This document shows, in pieces, positions 1-12,439 of a stretch of 64,000 nt of DNA (positions are counted from its first letter, which is position 1; each line of letters begins with the position of its first letter). This DNA comes from Octopus vulgaris. Lineage: Eukaryota. The stretch spans positions 46,376,001 through 46,440,000 of the forward strand of contig OX597830.1 of the NCBI GenBank assembly GCA_951406725.2, in the 5' to 3' direction. Below the pieces are notes generated by a model. That model was not told the DNA's origin, did not search any database, and worked only from the letters and a program-made list of their open reading frames with translations. The position numbers were made by a program, and so were the translations under genes.

Positions 1-334
1 TCCTTCAAACATTTTCCACGATTCAGATTTCAAATATTACCGTGAAGTTAAGAAAGAACCATTAAACTTGGTAAGTTAGATAACTGAAATAGGTTTGGGC
101 CATTATTGGTTCGACCCATGTCTAATTTAACAGCCCCCACTTGAAATAATCTTTTGAATAGTTTTAAGACATCATAGTCCACTCAAGTAGGGAGCTGCTG
201 TTTACTGAGATGCATCCAGCCATCAGTGATTTGTCTGATTGTCTTGGAGGAATCGAAAGAACAGTTATGTACACATCTTTTATTTTCCTTTACTAAAAAT
301 AAATTACCCAAGCTATACTATTTGATAAGAGCTG

Positions 335-702
335 CACAGCGTGGCTTTGTGCTAAGAAGTTTGTTTCCCAATCACATGGTTCCAGGTTCAGTCCCACAGC
401 ATAGCATCTTGGGCCAAATATTTTCTACTATCGCCTTGTGAGTGGATTTAGTAGATGGAAACTGAAAGAAGCCCATTGTATATAATGTATGTGTGCTCCA
501 CCACCGATTCACAATCGGGGGGGGGGGGGTATTTACGTCCCCGTAACTTAGTGTCGGCAAAAGAGACCAATAGAACATGTACCAGGCTTTTAAAAAAACA
601 TAAGTCCTGGGGTGGATTTGTTCAACTAAAATTCTTGAAGGTGGTGCCCCAGCATGGCCGCAGCCTAATAACTGAAACAAATAAAGGATAAGATAAAGTA
701 TA
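335..702 (+). mobile_element. tRNA-derived SINE family A (GGTTCAGTCCCAC..CCAGCATGGCCGCAG..GAAACAA)
   Basis: Shares head, core and tail with the copies at 23921, 33400 and 47932. Confidence 0.85.
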
Positions 703-1989
703 ACAGATTGATCACAGAATTCTTTTAGAAAATCAAATAACATGGGTCTGCAGATTTCTTGATTTGGATTATTTTGCACTTGTCTTATCAAAATATCCGC
801 CACGACAATGAAGACAATGCAACTCTCATCGATTGGTTCAACCTGTAAAGTCGACATTTTGTTCTGCTTTATAATATAAGTCATTCACTGAGAACCTTTT
901 CTTGCAGGGGGCATAACGGCAAAGTTTAACATCATGATGCATCGGATATATGAATGAATGAATGAAGAACATTATTAGCCTAATAAGATGGTCATTTATT
1001 AATATGATTATTATGTTTGTCGTTACAATATAGAAACTTTTTGTAGTTGTTTGTGAACACAAGTTATCTGAAGATCCCCAGTTCATTGTGTGTGGTAAGC
1101 TTCATCTTTGAGTTACTACTAAAAAGAGACAGAGTAATAAAAATCTAGCTACATAGAAAGGGTGATAGATCTACCCTCACGCGTTGACCAGCATACTGAG
1201 ACAGTTGTGCTCTTCGGCTCGATGCTGAGTGACCAAAGATATAGACTGATATTTGGCTGTGTATTTATATTCTTCATAACTAAATTAGGTCAAGATGAAG
1301 AAAGGATTTCTCCTTTCTAATCATCTTTGACGCTCGAGAAAGATCATGAGGTCAGATTATTCTCATAAATTTCCTAGTGCAACAGGCTAAAACAATAGGC
1401 TGATGACTCATAGAAATATGTGGATTCGATTTTGAATCCTGGCTCAGAAATTTGGTAGTTGTTTGGTTGAGGAGTATCTATTAGGAAATTGAATCAGAAT
1501 CTTCAAACTTTCAACAGCCAGCCCTATTTTTTTGTCTTTTTATTTTTTTTCAAATGCCTCGTTAAATAGCCTAATCCAAAATTTATTTGCATTTCATATC
1601 AAGTTTTGATTTTGCACAAGAAAATTAAATCTTTGCAACACTGAGAATGTCCAGAGTATCCATAGCAACCTCAAATGAATTTAACACCTAACTTAATTTT
1701 TCTAATGATTGGCACACATGAAATGAAATAACAGGTTACAACAAAGATGTGTGAGAGACTTCATGGTTAGGCTGGACTGTTGAACTTGTAGACATAGTTG
1801 ATGTACTGCTTGGTGGTGTGTAGAGGCTGCCGTTGGTCCGTTGGTCGCGTAGTGTTCATACAGCAATGATGTAGAGAAGCATCTGGTGGAGAAGATGAAA
1901 GCAGAAACTGGCTGGTGTCAAATACATCATTGTCGGAGATGAGTTGTGTGTGGTCAGTAGCATGTGCCAAAGACAAAGTGTAGTCGAGA

Positions 1990-2170
1990 ACTGTCATTCT
2001 AAGAGAGATCAATAAGCTTCTAGAGCTGGTGATTAATTTCCTGCATATGGAAAAACGAAATGTTGCGCCAACACGATTGAACTGCAAAAACTTCAGTGTA
2101 AAGTGGGCAAGTAATATTTCATGCATATGTATTTTATCATGTGGCCCTCTCTCACTTGAAATGGTACGAT
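1990..2170 (+). mobile_element. possible mariner transposase 5' remnant
   Basis: VINFLHME resembles the mariner N-terminal RAVIKFLHLEG; short and degraded. Confidence 0.3.
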
Positions 2171-2195
2171 GTGGCTCCCAGTTGACGAAAAGTTG

Positions 2196-2715
2196 CCCAT
2201 CTTGTCTTGCCACGATAGGGTGGGAGAGTATTTACATTGGAAAATATGTAAACACTACAAAATCAGCACTCCTATTTACTGGTATGAACATCATCCTGAA
2301 CAGGTCGTTAAAGGTAAAAATGTCGCTATCCTCTGGGATTTTGCAGGCAACACCGACAGAACGATCCAAGCTAATCGACCAGACGTCTTAAAGTGAGAAC
2401 TTTTCCTATTATTGTAGGTGCCCTGAGTATAAGAAAGGGATGTCAGAAACATCTAGATAACATCCCAGGAGAATCATGTCTCAGAGAAATCCAAAATATT
2501 GTGCTGACAAGTACTGCCCACATCCTTAGAAAAGCCCATCAGTTTAAATGTTTGTGTTGTATTACATGAAGATATTTCGCTACTGCCCTTGCTACTTCCC
2601 TTCCCCAAGCTTTCAGTCATACTGTAACATCTCTTATCTTTCACTCGCCCTAGGACGCTGGGTGTGTCTCAGCAAGTGATTGTAACAAACATGCAGATTA
2701 AAAGTAAATAATAAT
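2196..2715 (+). mobile_element. R4/Dong-clade non-LTR 3' relic
   Basis: HDRVGEYLHWKICKHY..WYEHHP..ILWDF..TDRTIQANRPD, IIVGAL, TAHILRK; short AAT tail. Confidence 0.8.
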
Positions 2716-2719
2716 AGCA

Positions 2720-2927
2720 TCAAATTTTGCCACAAGGGCAGCAATTTGGGGGGAGGGGATGAGTCGATTACATCGAACCCAGCATTTCACTGGTACTTAT
2801 TTTATCGACCCAGAAAGGATGAAAAGCAAAGTTGACCTCGGCGGAATTTGAACTCAGAACACAAAGAAAGACGAAAGGCCACTAAGCATTTTGTCCGGCG
2901 TGCTAACGATCCTGCTAGCTCACCGCC
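2720..2927 (-). mobile_element. tRNA-derived Nin/Deu-core SINE, alternative tail
   Basis: Reverse complement of the 7551 head and core, with a CTTGTGGCAAAATTTG-type tail. Confidence 0.8.
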
Positions 2928-3895
2928 AACCTTGTTAGTGACCAACTAAGAGAACTTTTTTAAAACCTCATACCAGACACTGAGAGATATAGAATCTGGC
3001 ATGATTGTAAGCACACGCGAATAAGAGAGAGGTGGAGATGTAAGCAAACACATAGAAAGGAACGAACAAGTGATGAAGTTTTTAGAACGGTCATTTAATA
3101 AGAGGGGACTATACTCTACCCCTACGCTTCTTAAAAAAGTTATTTCCCTTGATTATTAAGGCTTTTGATTTCCCGTCAATAAATGTTCAATTCCAGATGA
3201 CCCCTGATCGAGTAGTCTTTAAATCAAAGGTATTCCAGCTAATTAGTTGTGGGCATAATGGACCACAGCCATATTTTCATACATGTCTGTTCTTTTATTC
3301 TGTTGACTCTTTTAGTTCCTTGTCAAAATGTCCTCCACCAAATTTGCAGTATCCAGAGAAAGAGTTTGGCAAATATAAGGGACCAGCTCTGGGAAAGATT
3401 ATTTCAGATTAATGAAAGGGACACTATGAAGGTGTTGTTGGTTTGAAATGACAAGAAATAGTTTCACATAAGGTGTGTATACGTGAGGGCCGCGCGGCGT
3501 AGCGGTTAGGGTGTTGCCCCCCCCCCTTCTCTACCGTCTTCGACGTGGCGCCCCCCCCCACTTTCGGAGGGGTCTTCAGCTCTGGTGTTGAGCGCATTTC
3601 TTCTTTCTTCTTTTTTTTTTTTTACTTTTTTCTTTGGTTTCTTCGATGCAGCGTCAACGAATGTCAGCGGGCGTATTTCTTTATTTTACCTAAAAAAAGG
3701 TTTACATAGAGGGGACAGACAAGGAACATATAAGGATCAAACGCGCCCATTACACAAATTAAAAACGGATGGGTTTATACATGAGAATAAAATGATATGA
3801 AAATGAGTGATTAAATTAAAAATATAAACGATGGGTATTACATTATTCTATTCGGGTTAGTGGACTAACCCGCCGGTTGGTTTCCTTTTAAGTAA

Positions 3896-6450
3896 TTACT
3901 TTCCATTCTCTTGCACGTGGACCGACCGCGCAAACACAGCACCTTGCATACTCAACTTTCTTACAACTTCCATCCATCTTTTCCCGAATACTCTTTGCGA
4001 CAGGCTCCTCCTCTCCAGACGGATCTTGCTGGAAAGATGGGCGGCGAAGTAATTCACCAGCCCACGTCCGTAGATGAATTGGCCTGTCGCAATCCCTTTC
4101 GCTTGTGTCTTCCATACCACATCTTTCAGTATAGTTACTATGCAGAGAAAAGCTACCTTCTTTTCTTTGGTGAAAGAAGAAGATGGTACAATCTTTATCA
4201 TGGACTCAGACGAGAGCCGTACCCCCTCTGCATCCGACATCAGCTGTTCAGCAAAGGTCATCAACTCCCTAAACTCCCCACAGTATACGAAGGCGAGCGT
4301 AACCGTTTCACTGGCACGCCCGCACCTCGGACACGTGGGGGAGGTGTCAGCACCATGCCTTGACAACCTTTCTCGAACCGGTAAAGCCGATCGGTAGCAC
4401 AGCCAGGTCAAAGATTTCTGGTAGTTATCCAGAAATCTCGACCCGAAAGTCCTCCCGAACAGGTCGGCTAGCTGCTTCTTATCGAAGCCCTGAGTCTCCC
4501 CCAGGACATCGTCGGACTTAAGCTCTACCAACCCGCTATAAAAATCCGCTGTGGTAACCCTGCTGTCAGCATTGCTCACTCGAAAGAGGAGGGAAAGTGC
4601 TTGTCTGCACTCCTCCCGCAATTCCCCCAGCTTGGGTCTCCGCGGGATCCATGTACCTAAGTCCGGACTTTACCTTTGGGAATACCAGCTCGGCATGCCA
4701 TGACCACACCTGCTCACCATCCAGGTGGCACCGGAGATGTCTCAGCCTCCGCGCGTACTTGCGCATCATTAGCCAGGGCATCCCCAGCCCACCCTTTAAC
4801 GGTTTCTGGCAACAGATGGAGCGCCTTACAAGTGGAGTTCTACTTCCCCACAAAAAGTGGAAAAGGATCCTCTCCAACATGGTCAGCCACAAACCGGGGC
4901 AAGGCACGACAGTTAGGCGGTAGGTAATCACAGATGGCATGAACACCTGAGCAACTTCCACCCTTCCCAACAAGGATAACTTCCTCCCAGACCACTTTTG
5001 GGTTATGGATGTCACCTTGCTCGCCACCTCACCCCAGTTCTTCTCCACCTGGAGGTCCGGTCCGAACCAGACCCCGAGAATTTTAACCGAGCCCTCCGTC
5101 CAGCGCCCGATGACCATGTTGGAAGGCATCGACTTACCCCGCCAGGTGCCGAGTTGCAAGCCGACTGATTTTTCCTGGTTCATTTTGGCTCCTGCCACCG
5201 TCTCATATCCTTTGATGGCGTCTTCTACGCGAGGTAGCTGCCCTTCATCAGATACGGTGATGGTAACGTCATCCGCATACGCCGACACATTTCTTCTATA
5301 ACCCAGATCACGTGGGTTCACCGCCGTGTCCCTCAGCATCCGCAGCAGTGGCTCAAGCGCCAATACATACAGTAGCGGAGACAGAGGACAGCCCTGGCGA
5401 ACTGAACGCTCGATTGCGAAGGGGTTTGAGAAGAACTCATTCACCCGGACTACAGATTCGATATTGCTATGCATGGCTTTGATCCAGCCTCGGAAGGTCG
5501 GGCCAAATCCGGCCGCCATGAGGACCGCCGCCAGATATTCGTGGTCAACCCTATCGAACGCCTTAGACTGTTCCAAATTCACTAGTGCCCCACCATTGCC
5601 ATGCATTTTACCCACCCGCTCTATGGTGTAGCGAATGAGGTGAAGGTTGTCGTGTATGACACATGGGATGACACATGTTTGTGCTTCTCCCACCAGGTCT
5701 CCCACGACAATCCTAACTCTCTTCGCAAGCACCTTGGCCAGAATCTTTAACTCTGTGTTTAAAAGAGTTATGGGCCTAAAATTATTGACGTCATCCCCCT
5801 TGCTCGGGTCCTTCCTGATCAGTGTCACCACTTCTCGGCTCACAGCTTCGGGAATCCTCCCATTCTGCTGCCAATTCGTGTACACACTGGCCAGTACGTT
5901 CCCGAACAAGTCTGGCATGCTACTAGAAAATTCGTAAGGAAGACCATCCAGACCCGGCGACTTGTCCCCGGGGCACTCGGACAGTACCTCTCTGACCTCC
6001 TTGGCTGTGATTAGTCCTTCGCGGCGTTCAGCATCACGGATCGAAAGACGCGGGCCGCCAGCCAGAAAACGCCGTAAGGCATCTCCATGGCCCCTTCCGA
6101 ACAACGCGGCAAAGTGTTTGTGAAAGGCCTTGCATATCTCCTCTTGTCCTTGGATCTCCTGTCCGGACTCATCTGCCAAAGACCCAATCGTAGCATCGAT
6201 GCCACGTCGAGTTTCTTCCGAGCGATCCCATCTGACAACATTGATACCTTCACGGCCCATTGCACCTATCCTAGCCCGGACTCTGCATCCCTCGTGCTTA
6301 GTATTGAGATGTCGGTCCAAAGCCGCTCTCGCCGCCAACTCTTGTGATACCGGGCCCGATCTCAGTGCCTCTTCTAATGTCTTAACTAGATCCTTTTCTA
6401 CTCTAGTCTGCTCTAGACTAGAGATGTTTTTAGTTTTGTAGGCCACTGTC
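3896..6450 (-). pseudogene. Tx1 ORF2 reverse transcriptase plus C-terminal zinc finger, frameshifted near 4600
   Basis: ORFs 4566..6650 and 3896..4621 overlap in different frames; YADD intact; no APE domain visible. Confidence 0.9.
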
Positions 6451-7112
6451 ACCGTGTCTTTGTTCTGGGGGATATCTATGGGTATACCTATGAATGATTG
6501 TCCTTTTTTCTCTTCTTTTCTTTCTTTCCGGCTTTGGTACCTTTGTTTTCGGGGCCTGAGTCTTTGTTGGAGAGTCTGCATTCTTGGTTCTTTTCTTAGA
6601 GACTGTATGGAACCCTTCGTTTGTATCTTGCATACTTGTTTCTTCTTCACTGTTCGTATGTTGGCTAGTGAGAGGTGGTCGCTCCCTCATTGATAGCCTC
6701 TTTGGCCGGGAGTGCCTTCTCTTGGCTAGGTGCCCTCCTAGTAACGGCCTCTGTGGCCTGGAGTGCACCCTCTTTGGTTTTAGCTGAGGTTGTTTGTTGT
6801 TTTCCCTCCTCCTTGTCCACAAGTAACACCTCTTTTTCCAGAGGATTTTTGCTTGTTTTAGTTATAGAGCTCCCCTCATGAGGGTCGGCTTCCTTGGAGG
6901 TGGTCGTGGTGGGCTGCTTCATTTCTTTTTTTGTTTTCTGGACACTTCTCCTTTATGTGGCCTTTTTTGTCACATTTATAATAACGTGGCTTTCTGCCCC
7001 CTACATTGATGGGGATATTTATATCATCCATGACAACTACCTCAGATAGTTCTTCGAGGTCATTTGTGGTAGCTTGGGCCAGGATCTCAAGGGTCTGGCC
7101 CCGCCAATTTTG

Positions 7113-7372
7113 GGTACTACTAGCGAACAGTGGTCCCGTTGCACGCACACGCGCAGTCGCGCTAGCTAGTCGTAAGTAGTCGATCCTACAACGACTTTTT
7201 AATCCTAACCCTAAACCTAATTGTTTTAACCCTAACCTTAGTTTGTTCATAAAAATAATTTATTTACTTGAAATACAAACATACGCGCAAGTCGTTGTAG
7301 GATCGACTACTTACGACTAGCTAGCAGGGGATGCGCGTGTGCGCGCCGGGACCACTGTTCGCTAGTAGTACC
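7113..7372. mobile_element. MITE, probably Merlin superfamily
   Basis: About 85-bp TIRs beginning GGTACTACTAGCGAACAGTGGTCCCG; perfect 9-bp TSD CCAATTTTG (7104-7112, 7373-7381); internal CCCTAA-like repeats. Confidence 0.9.
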
Positions 7373-7550
7373 CCAATTTTGAGATCCATCTCTTGTTATT
7401 TCAATTATTTTTATTGTATCTTCTCTCTTATACGACAGCGTGACCCTCAGGAGGGATATTTTAAATTTTAATTCGTGACGTCCTTCGCCCCAGACAACAA
7501 CAAAATATTGCCACTTTGCAAGGTTCGAGTCAAATATTCTCTTGCACGTT

Positions 7551-7784
7551 GGAAGGCGGCGAGCTGGCAGAATCGTTAGCACGCCGGGCGAAATGCTCAG
7601 CAGTATTTCGTCTGTCGTTACGTTCTGGGTTCAAACACCGCCGAGGTCGACTTTGCCTTTCATCCTTTCGGGGTCGATAAATAAAGTACCAGTTGCGCAC
7701 TGGGGTCGATGTAGTTGACTTAATCCCTTTGTCCGTCTTTGTTTGTCCCCTCTATGTTTAGCCCCTTGTGGGCAATAAAGAAAT
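7551..7784 (+). mobile_element. tRNA-derived SINE with Nin/Deu-type core, inserted in Tx1 ORF1
   Basis: B-box-like GGTTCAAAC, core GCCTTTCATCCTTTCGGGGTCGATAAA, 17-bp TSD ATATTCTCTTGCACGTT (7534-7550, 7785-7801). Confidence 0.92.
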
Positions 7785-8614
7785 ATATTCTCTTGCACGT
7801 TCCGTTGACTCGAACCTTGCTTCTATTGTGGTGAATTTATTACCTCTTGTTAGATATTTTATTTCTTTTAATGTAGCACCAAGACATCTCTCTATAGTGC
7901 TCTCTTCCAGGTGTTCAAACCTTTTACTTTCTGCGTTATAACTTTTATATATTATGGTTCTCTCTTGGATTTTGCTTTTGAGTTCGTTGGGTGGTGTTAT
8001 CTTTGATACGCCATTACTTTCGCTTATCATTCCGAAGAATGTATGGATTTCTTCTATTTTTATGCTTATTTGTTCGCGACCGCCAACGGCAGCAGCGAAG
8101 TTCAATTTGGGATTTTCTTCCATCGAAGACATTTTGGTTAACACACAGAAACAATGCCGTGAGGGTCACAGTTCACAATATTCAACAAAGATGTAACAAC
8201 GTTTCCGTATGGCAAGACAATAACACAACAATTAACGTAACAATAATATAGCAATAATAACAGACCTTACGGCGAGTCGATGATAAACAAGTCCACCAGA
8301 CTGGAGGCGAAAGACCGAGTGTCCGCGGGTGACTGACCACCCGGCCAAATACTCGCTGGTAGGCTCCAGCAGCCAGCACCAGCCAGTTGTCACGTGACAC
8401 TGTCTAAACTTCAACTGAACAAATGGAGGGGAAGGGCGCGTAATCTTAGCCGGCGCCCTCTCTAAACCTTCGTGTCGTGTTAGTTTCAGTTCCAGCAGCC
8501 AGAGCTGTTTGGTGGTCCAAGCCTTCAAACCAGGCGGAATGGGCGCCATGAACAAGACCGCTACCTGTCAATCAGCGATGCTGCATAAGTAACAGCCAGT
8601 CTCACCTAGCGATG

Positions 8615-9560
8615 TTATTTCCCTGGTGGCATGTTATGGCTTTCAAGCCATCTTTGGTCTTCTCCCTTCAGCCATATATGGAAGCTGGCCTTTTCGACTG
8701 CCTCCTGTATTCTCCTTGTTATTTTTCTCAGCTCTGAGTTTGAAAATGCAAACCTTCTTTTGAATAACGTTGTCATCTTCCTTTCAATGAAGCCCCTAGC
8801 CCCCACTGCCAGGTGGTAATACCAAGGCAGCGAGCTGGTAGAGTCGTTAGCACGCCGGGCGAAATGCTTGGCGGTATTTCGTCTGCGTTACGTTGTGAGT
8901 TCAAATTCCGCCGAGGTCGACTTTGCCTTTCATCCTTTCGGGGTCGATAAATTAAGTACCAGTTACTCACTGGGGTCGATGCAATTGACTTAATACCTAT
9001 GTCTGTCCTTGTTTGTCCCCTCTGTGTTTAGCCCCTTGTGGGTAATAAAGAAATAGGTAATACTCGACAGTCCATCCCTGTTCTCTGCACTCTTCTATTA
9101 ATTTTTCGTTCCTCTTCTCCTTCTGTTCCTCTGCATTAGCAATGTTCTCTTCCCCTGGCATTGGTATTATTCCAATTCTTCGTTCTGTGTTCCATAGGAT
9201 TGAGTCCGGTCTTTTTGTCGTTTTTATGAGTGGAAATATTAACAGTTGTTCCAAATCCGTGGCTAGCTCCCAGCATCCCTTCCATCTTTTGTCTGTTTTG
9301 TATATTTTATTTGAAAGCCTGGACTTATGTCCTTTTCCCTCCTTCTGGAAATATATTTTCCCATGCTTTTCCACTTTTGGGTACTCTCCCCTATTATATC
9401 CCTCGATCTTCTCCCTGAGTGCTGCGCTTATGACGCCGAGGACTTGATTGTGACGCCATGTATATCTGTCAAGGGCTAGCCTGCAGTTTGACAGAACATG
9501 TCTCACCATCGCTTTCTCTCCGCATCTACATTCATGAGTTGTTTGTATGTTCCACCGGAC
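8615..9560 (-). mobile_element. HERO-like (R2-group, RLE endonuclease) non-LTR retrotransposon 3' relic
   Basis: CxCG..HVLSNC..RYTWRHNQVL, KRPDSILW, VGARGF, EKASFHIWLK motifs; split by a SINE. Confidence 0.85.
8823..9055 (+). mobile_element. tRNA-derived SINE (same family as 7551)
   Basis: 8-bp TSD GGTAATAC (8815-8822, 9056-9063); removal restores TVEYYHLAVGARGF. Confidence 0.92.
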
Positions 9561-10761
9561 TAAGTTCATGTTCAAGTTACTGTCATTGTTTTCTCTCCCA
9601 TAATATGTGTTATTGCAAATGAAGTCTGGCAAATTCCTTCTCTTATGGTCCTAGTGTTATTTTGTCAGTGGTCAACAAAGCAGCTAATTCGTGCTTTTAT
9701 TGTCCTAAAATTGTTTGACATCCACTAAAGTATGGACACCTATTCACTGTGAATAAACCACTGGCAATATTTCTTAACAATTGTTGAAACAAATCAAAAA
9801 ATCGCTGATAATGTGCCCATTGTACACGATTGTATTAAATAAATATTTAATTACTAAAGCTGGCCAGACTACAGAAGGTATTAATTTACCAATTATATTA
9901 GCAGTTAACAATTCGTAACTTTATTGTTAATTAGTAATTGAAGAATTGTTAACAAAATGTGAGATAACAAACTGATATCATGAATTTATCATGTCCAATT
10001 GTTTTAAAACTTATCTACTCTTAAGAAACCCATATAATTGTTTGTGAAGTTGGACACATTCATTTAAATTTGTTACACTATTTTGATAAGATTTGGTAAA
10101 ACGAGGCAACAATTTCAAGCACTTATTGTATAGTAGCTGCTTACCATCCTCTAAATTATGGATACCGCATCAATGTGGATAAATTGCTAACAGCCCATAA
10201 TTTGTATTTAATAAATATTTAATTAATAATGTTGGCTCTACTAAAGTTAGTTTGTGTTACGCAGATATTGTGTTTGTTGCTTGTTTCACCGGTGGCTGAT
10301 TATTGGCAGTGAAATAATAAGTAGATGATGTAATTAATAATAAATAAGTTTGAATGTCCTTATTGATTTATAACAATGGGAAGATGGTAAAATATAAACA
10401 GTTAGAGAATATAATATTCATATTTCATAACAGCATTTATTCCGGTCTCTTGCATTTTCAGTTCAAATTTGCCTTTCCTCTTTTTTGTATTCGAAACGGG
10501 AGGCAGGATAATTTACGGTATTCGTTCTGGTCCTATGCATTGTGAGATCACATCACATTGTGGTCCTTTTTAACAACATACATGATCCTTGCATACTTTT
10601 ACCCGAGAAGTCCCCTCTGTTGCGAGCATTGGGGAGTAATTCTCTAGCTTGAGATGTTTTTCCTTCTCACTCATCTCAGAAACCTTAAAAGATGTCACGG
10701 GCACTGCCTTATTTTCCTAATTAATCGATAAAAGAGTTGTCAGTCCAACACCCACCATAAA

Positions 10762-11030
10762 CATCATCATCATCATTTAGCGTCCGTTTTCCATGCTAGC
10801 ATGGGTTGGACAGTTCAACTGGGGTCTGTGAAGCCGGAAGGCTTCATCAGGCCCAGTCAGATCTGGCAGTGTTTCTATGGCTGGATGCCCTTCCTAATGC
10901 CAACCACTCTGTGAGTGTAGTGGGTGCTTTTTATGTGCCACCCGCACAGAGTTGGCAAATGGCCACGAACGGATGGTGCTTTTACAGGCGAGGCTGGCAA
11001 CGGACACGAATGGATGGTGCTTTTACGTCA
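10762..11030 (-). mobile_element. SINE family C 3' part with (GAT)n tail
   Basis: CCATGCTAGCATGG palindrome, GGATGCCCTTCCTAA motif; multi-copy in the window. Confidence 0.8.
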
Positions 11031-12439
11031 TGGATATTCACTCTTTCAAAATCTCTTCCAATCTGACCCTTTGAGCAGGGTCTTAGAAAATCTGACCCCA
11101 TCTGACCCCATCCCATTCATTGCACAGCAAAGTAAATCATATCTTATTTAAAATTGCACATTTATTAACACAAAGTCTGCAATGTTTCCCAATGAACTTA
11201 GTTTATTTGTTTTGTTGGTATAAAGCTATTCAGTATAATCCCCTTTTCATTTTGTATTCTGCAAGCAGCAACGGCCATATTAAAGCAATTTAATCTCCAT
11301 CCCTGATGTTGCATACATTTCTGCATCAGGCTCCATCGAAGGAAGAAGTTTGCTTTCGTTTATTGCGAGTATATTGGAAACTGATAATTATTTTTTAATG
11401 TTTTAATATTTTAATTAATGTTACAATGTCTAATCAAGAATACAAGAAATAAAATAGCAATAATACGAATTTTAATTAAAAAAGAGAATGGTTTCTTATG
11501 CTGAACCCATTTGCCAATTCTCTCAACCAAAGTTTTACAGAAGAACCTGAAGAAACAACAAAAAACATCTGTCTTCTGAATTTAACTTCTTAGTTTCTTT
11601 GTTTTTACATTTCATTCTTAAGTTTGGATGACAACGTTAATTAAAAGAATTGCACATGTCTTTTGCATTTGCTAAAAACTCAGAGTAGCTCAGCAATGCT
11701 TTTATGGGAGGCGACAGCGTAGGGAAAAGGTGGAGTGACAAACTCAAGGGCTGCTTCGGGCAGAACACGCTCGAGATATACCACTGCCATAAACTTAAAC
11801 CTTCACAGTTCTTCTATGCTTATGATATCAAGCACAGGAAAATATTGAGAAGAATGCTTCATGTTTATATCTAATTCACATCAGCAAAGAGCACTTGCAT
11901 GTTGTAATACTTATGCTTCATGGCCTCAGTTCATGTGGCATAAAGTGGAATAATAGGAAAGTGACAGAAATAGAACGGGCATAGTTTCACTTGTACCTTT
12001 TCGCTTTGACACTCCTCCATAAGGAATAAAGCTTTTCCCATGCTCCTCTCTCTTCCCTAAGAAACCTCTTAATTTACCTCTTATTCAAATTCTTTCATTC
12101 TCCTCTTCTCTCTTCATCCTGTTGCTTGTATTGGATGTATTCTTTATTATTTGCTATCACTCCTCTCTAATAAATAACGTGTTTTCATGATTAGAAGAAG
12201 CTTTCTGTATAAATTTGTTTTTAACAAAATAATTGTTCTTGCAGTAATTTGTTTTCAAATCTAATAATACAAATTAAGAGAAAGAGAGTAAGTCAGATTG
12301 AAGCCTTCTAAAGTTTGCATTAATGTTTTAAGTTCTATGCCAGGCTTGTAGGTTCAGCAGAGAAGCACAGGATACATTGGTACAAGAACCACCATATCCA
12401 AAACATGAGTTGCTCTACAATTTCTGAAAGGTATTTTAA

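Larger units (their letters stand above)
6430..8144 (-). pseudogene. Tx1 ORF1 (gag-like) fragments interrupted by a MITE and a SINE
   Basis: Start LNFAAAVGG, then GRRTSRIKI.NIPPE and a CCHC-like knuckle; the local reading rejoins when the insertions are removed. Confidence 0.78.
3674..8420 (-). mobile_element. Tx1/L1-clade non-LTR retrotransposon, decayed, endonuclease deleted
   Basis: ORF2 RT motifs KSPGLDG, FRPITLLN, KAFDRVDH, RQGCPLSPLLY, YADD, plus C-terminal CPRC..C. ORF1 remnants include a knuckle (YYKCDKKGHIKEKC). 3' end AATAAAGAAATA at 3674. The 5' boundary is approximate. Confidence 0.92.

Noticed and set aside
372-884. 170-aa ORF as a gene
   Set aside because: About two thirds of it is antisense SINE; only 703-842 is unique (noted as a possible remnant).
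1395-1425. CTGATGA-CTCATA-GAAA hammerhead-like core
   Set aside because: No stem II or stem I pairing.
3911-6881. Many plus-strand ORFs over the LINE
   Set aside because: Antisense shadows of the GC-richer Tx1 coding sequence; no motifs.
7200-7240. CCCTAA repeats as an interstitial telomere
   Set aside because: A few degenerate units confined within the MITE.
7551-7640. tRNA genes at SINE heads
   Set aside because: A/B-box remnants without a full cloverleaf, embedded in multi-copy SINEs with TSDs.
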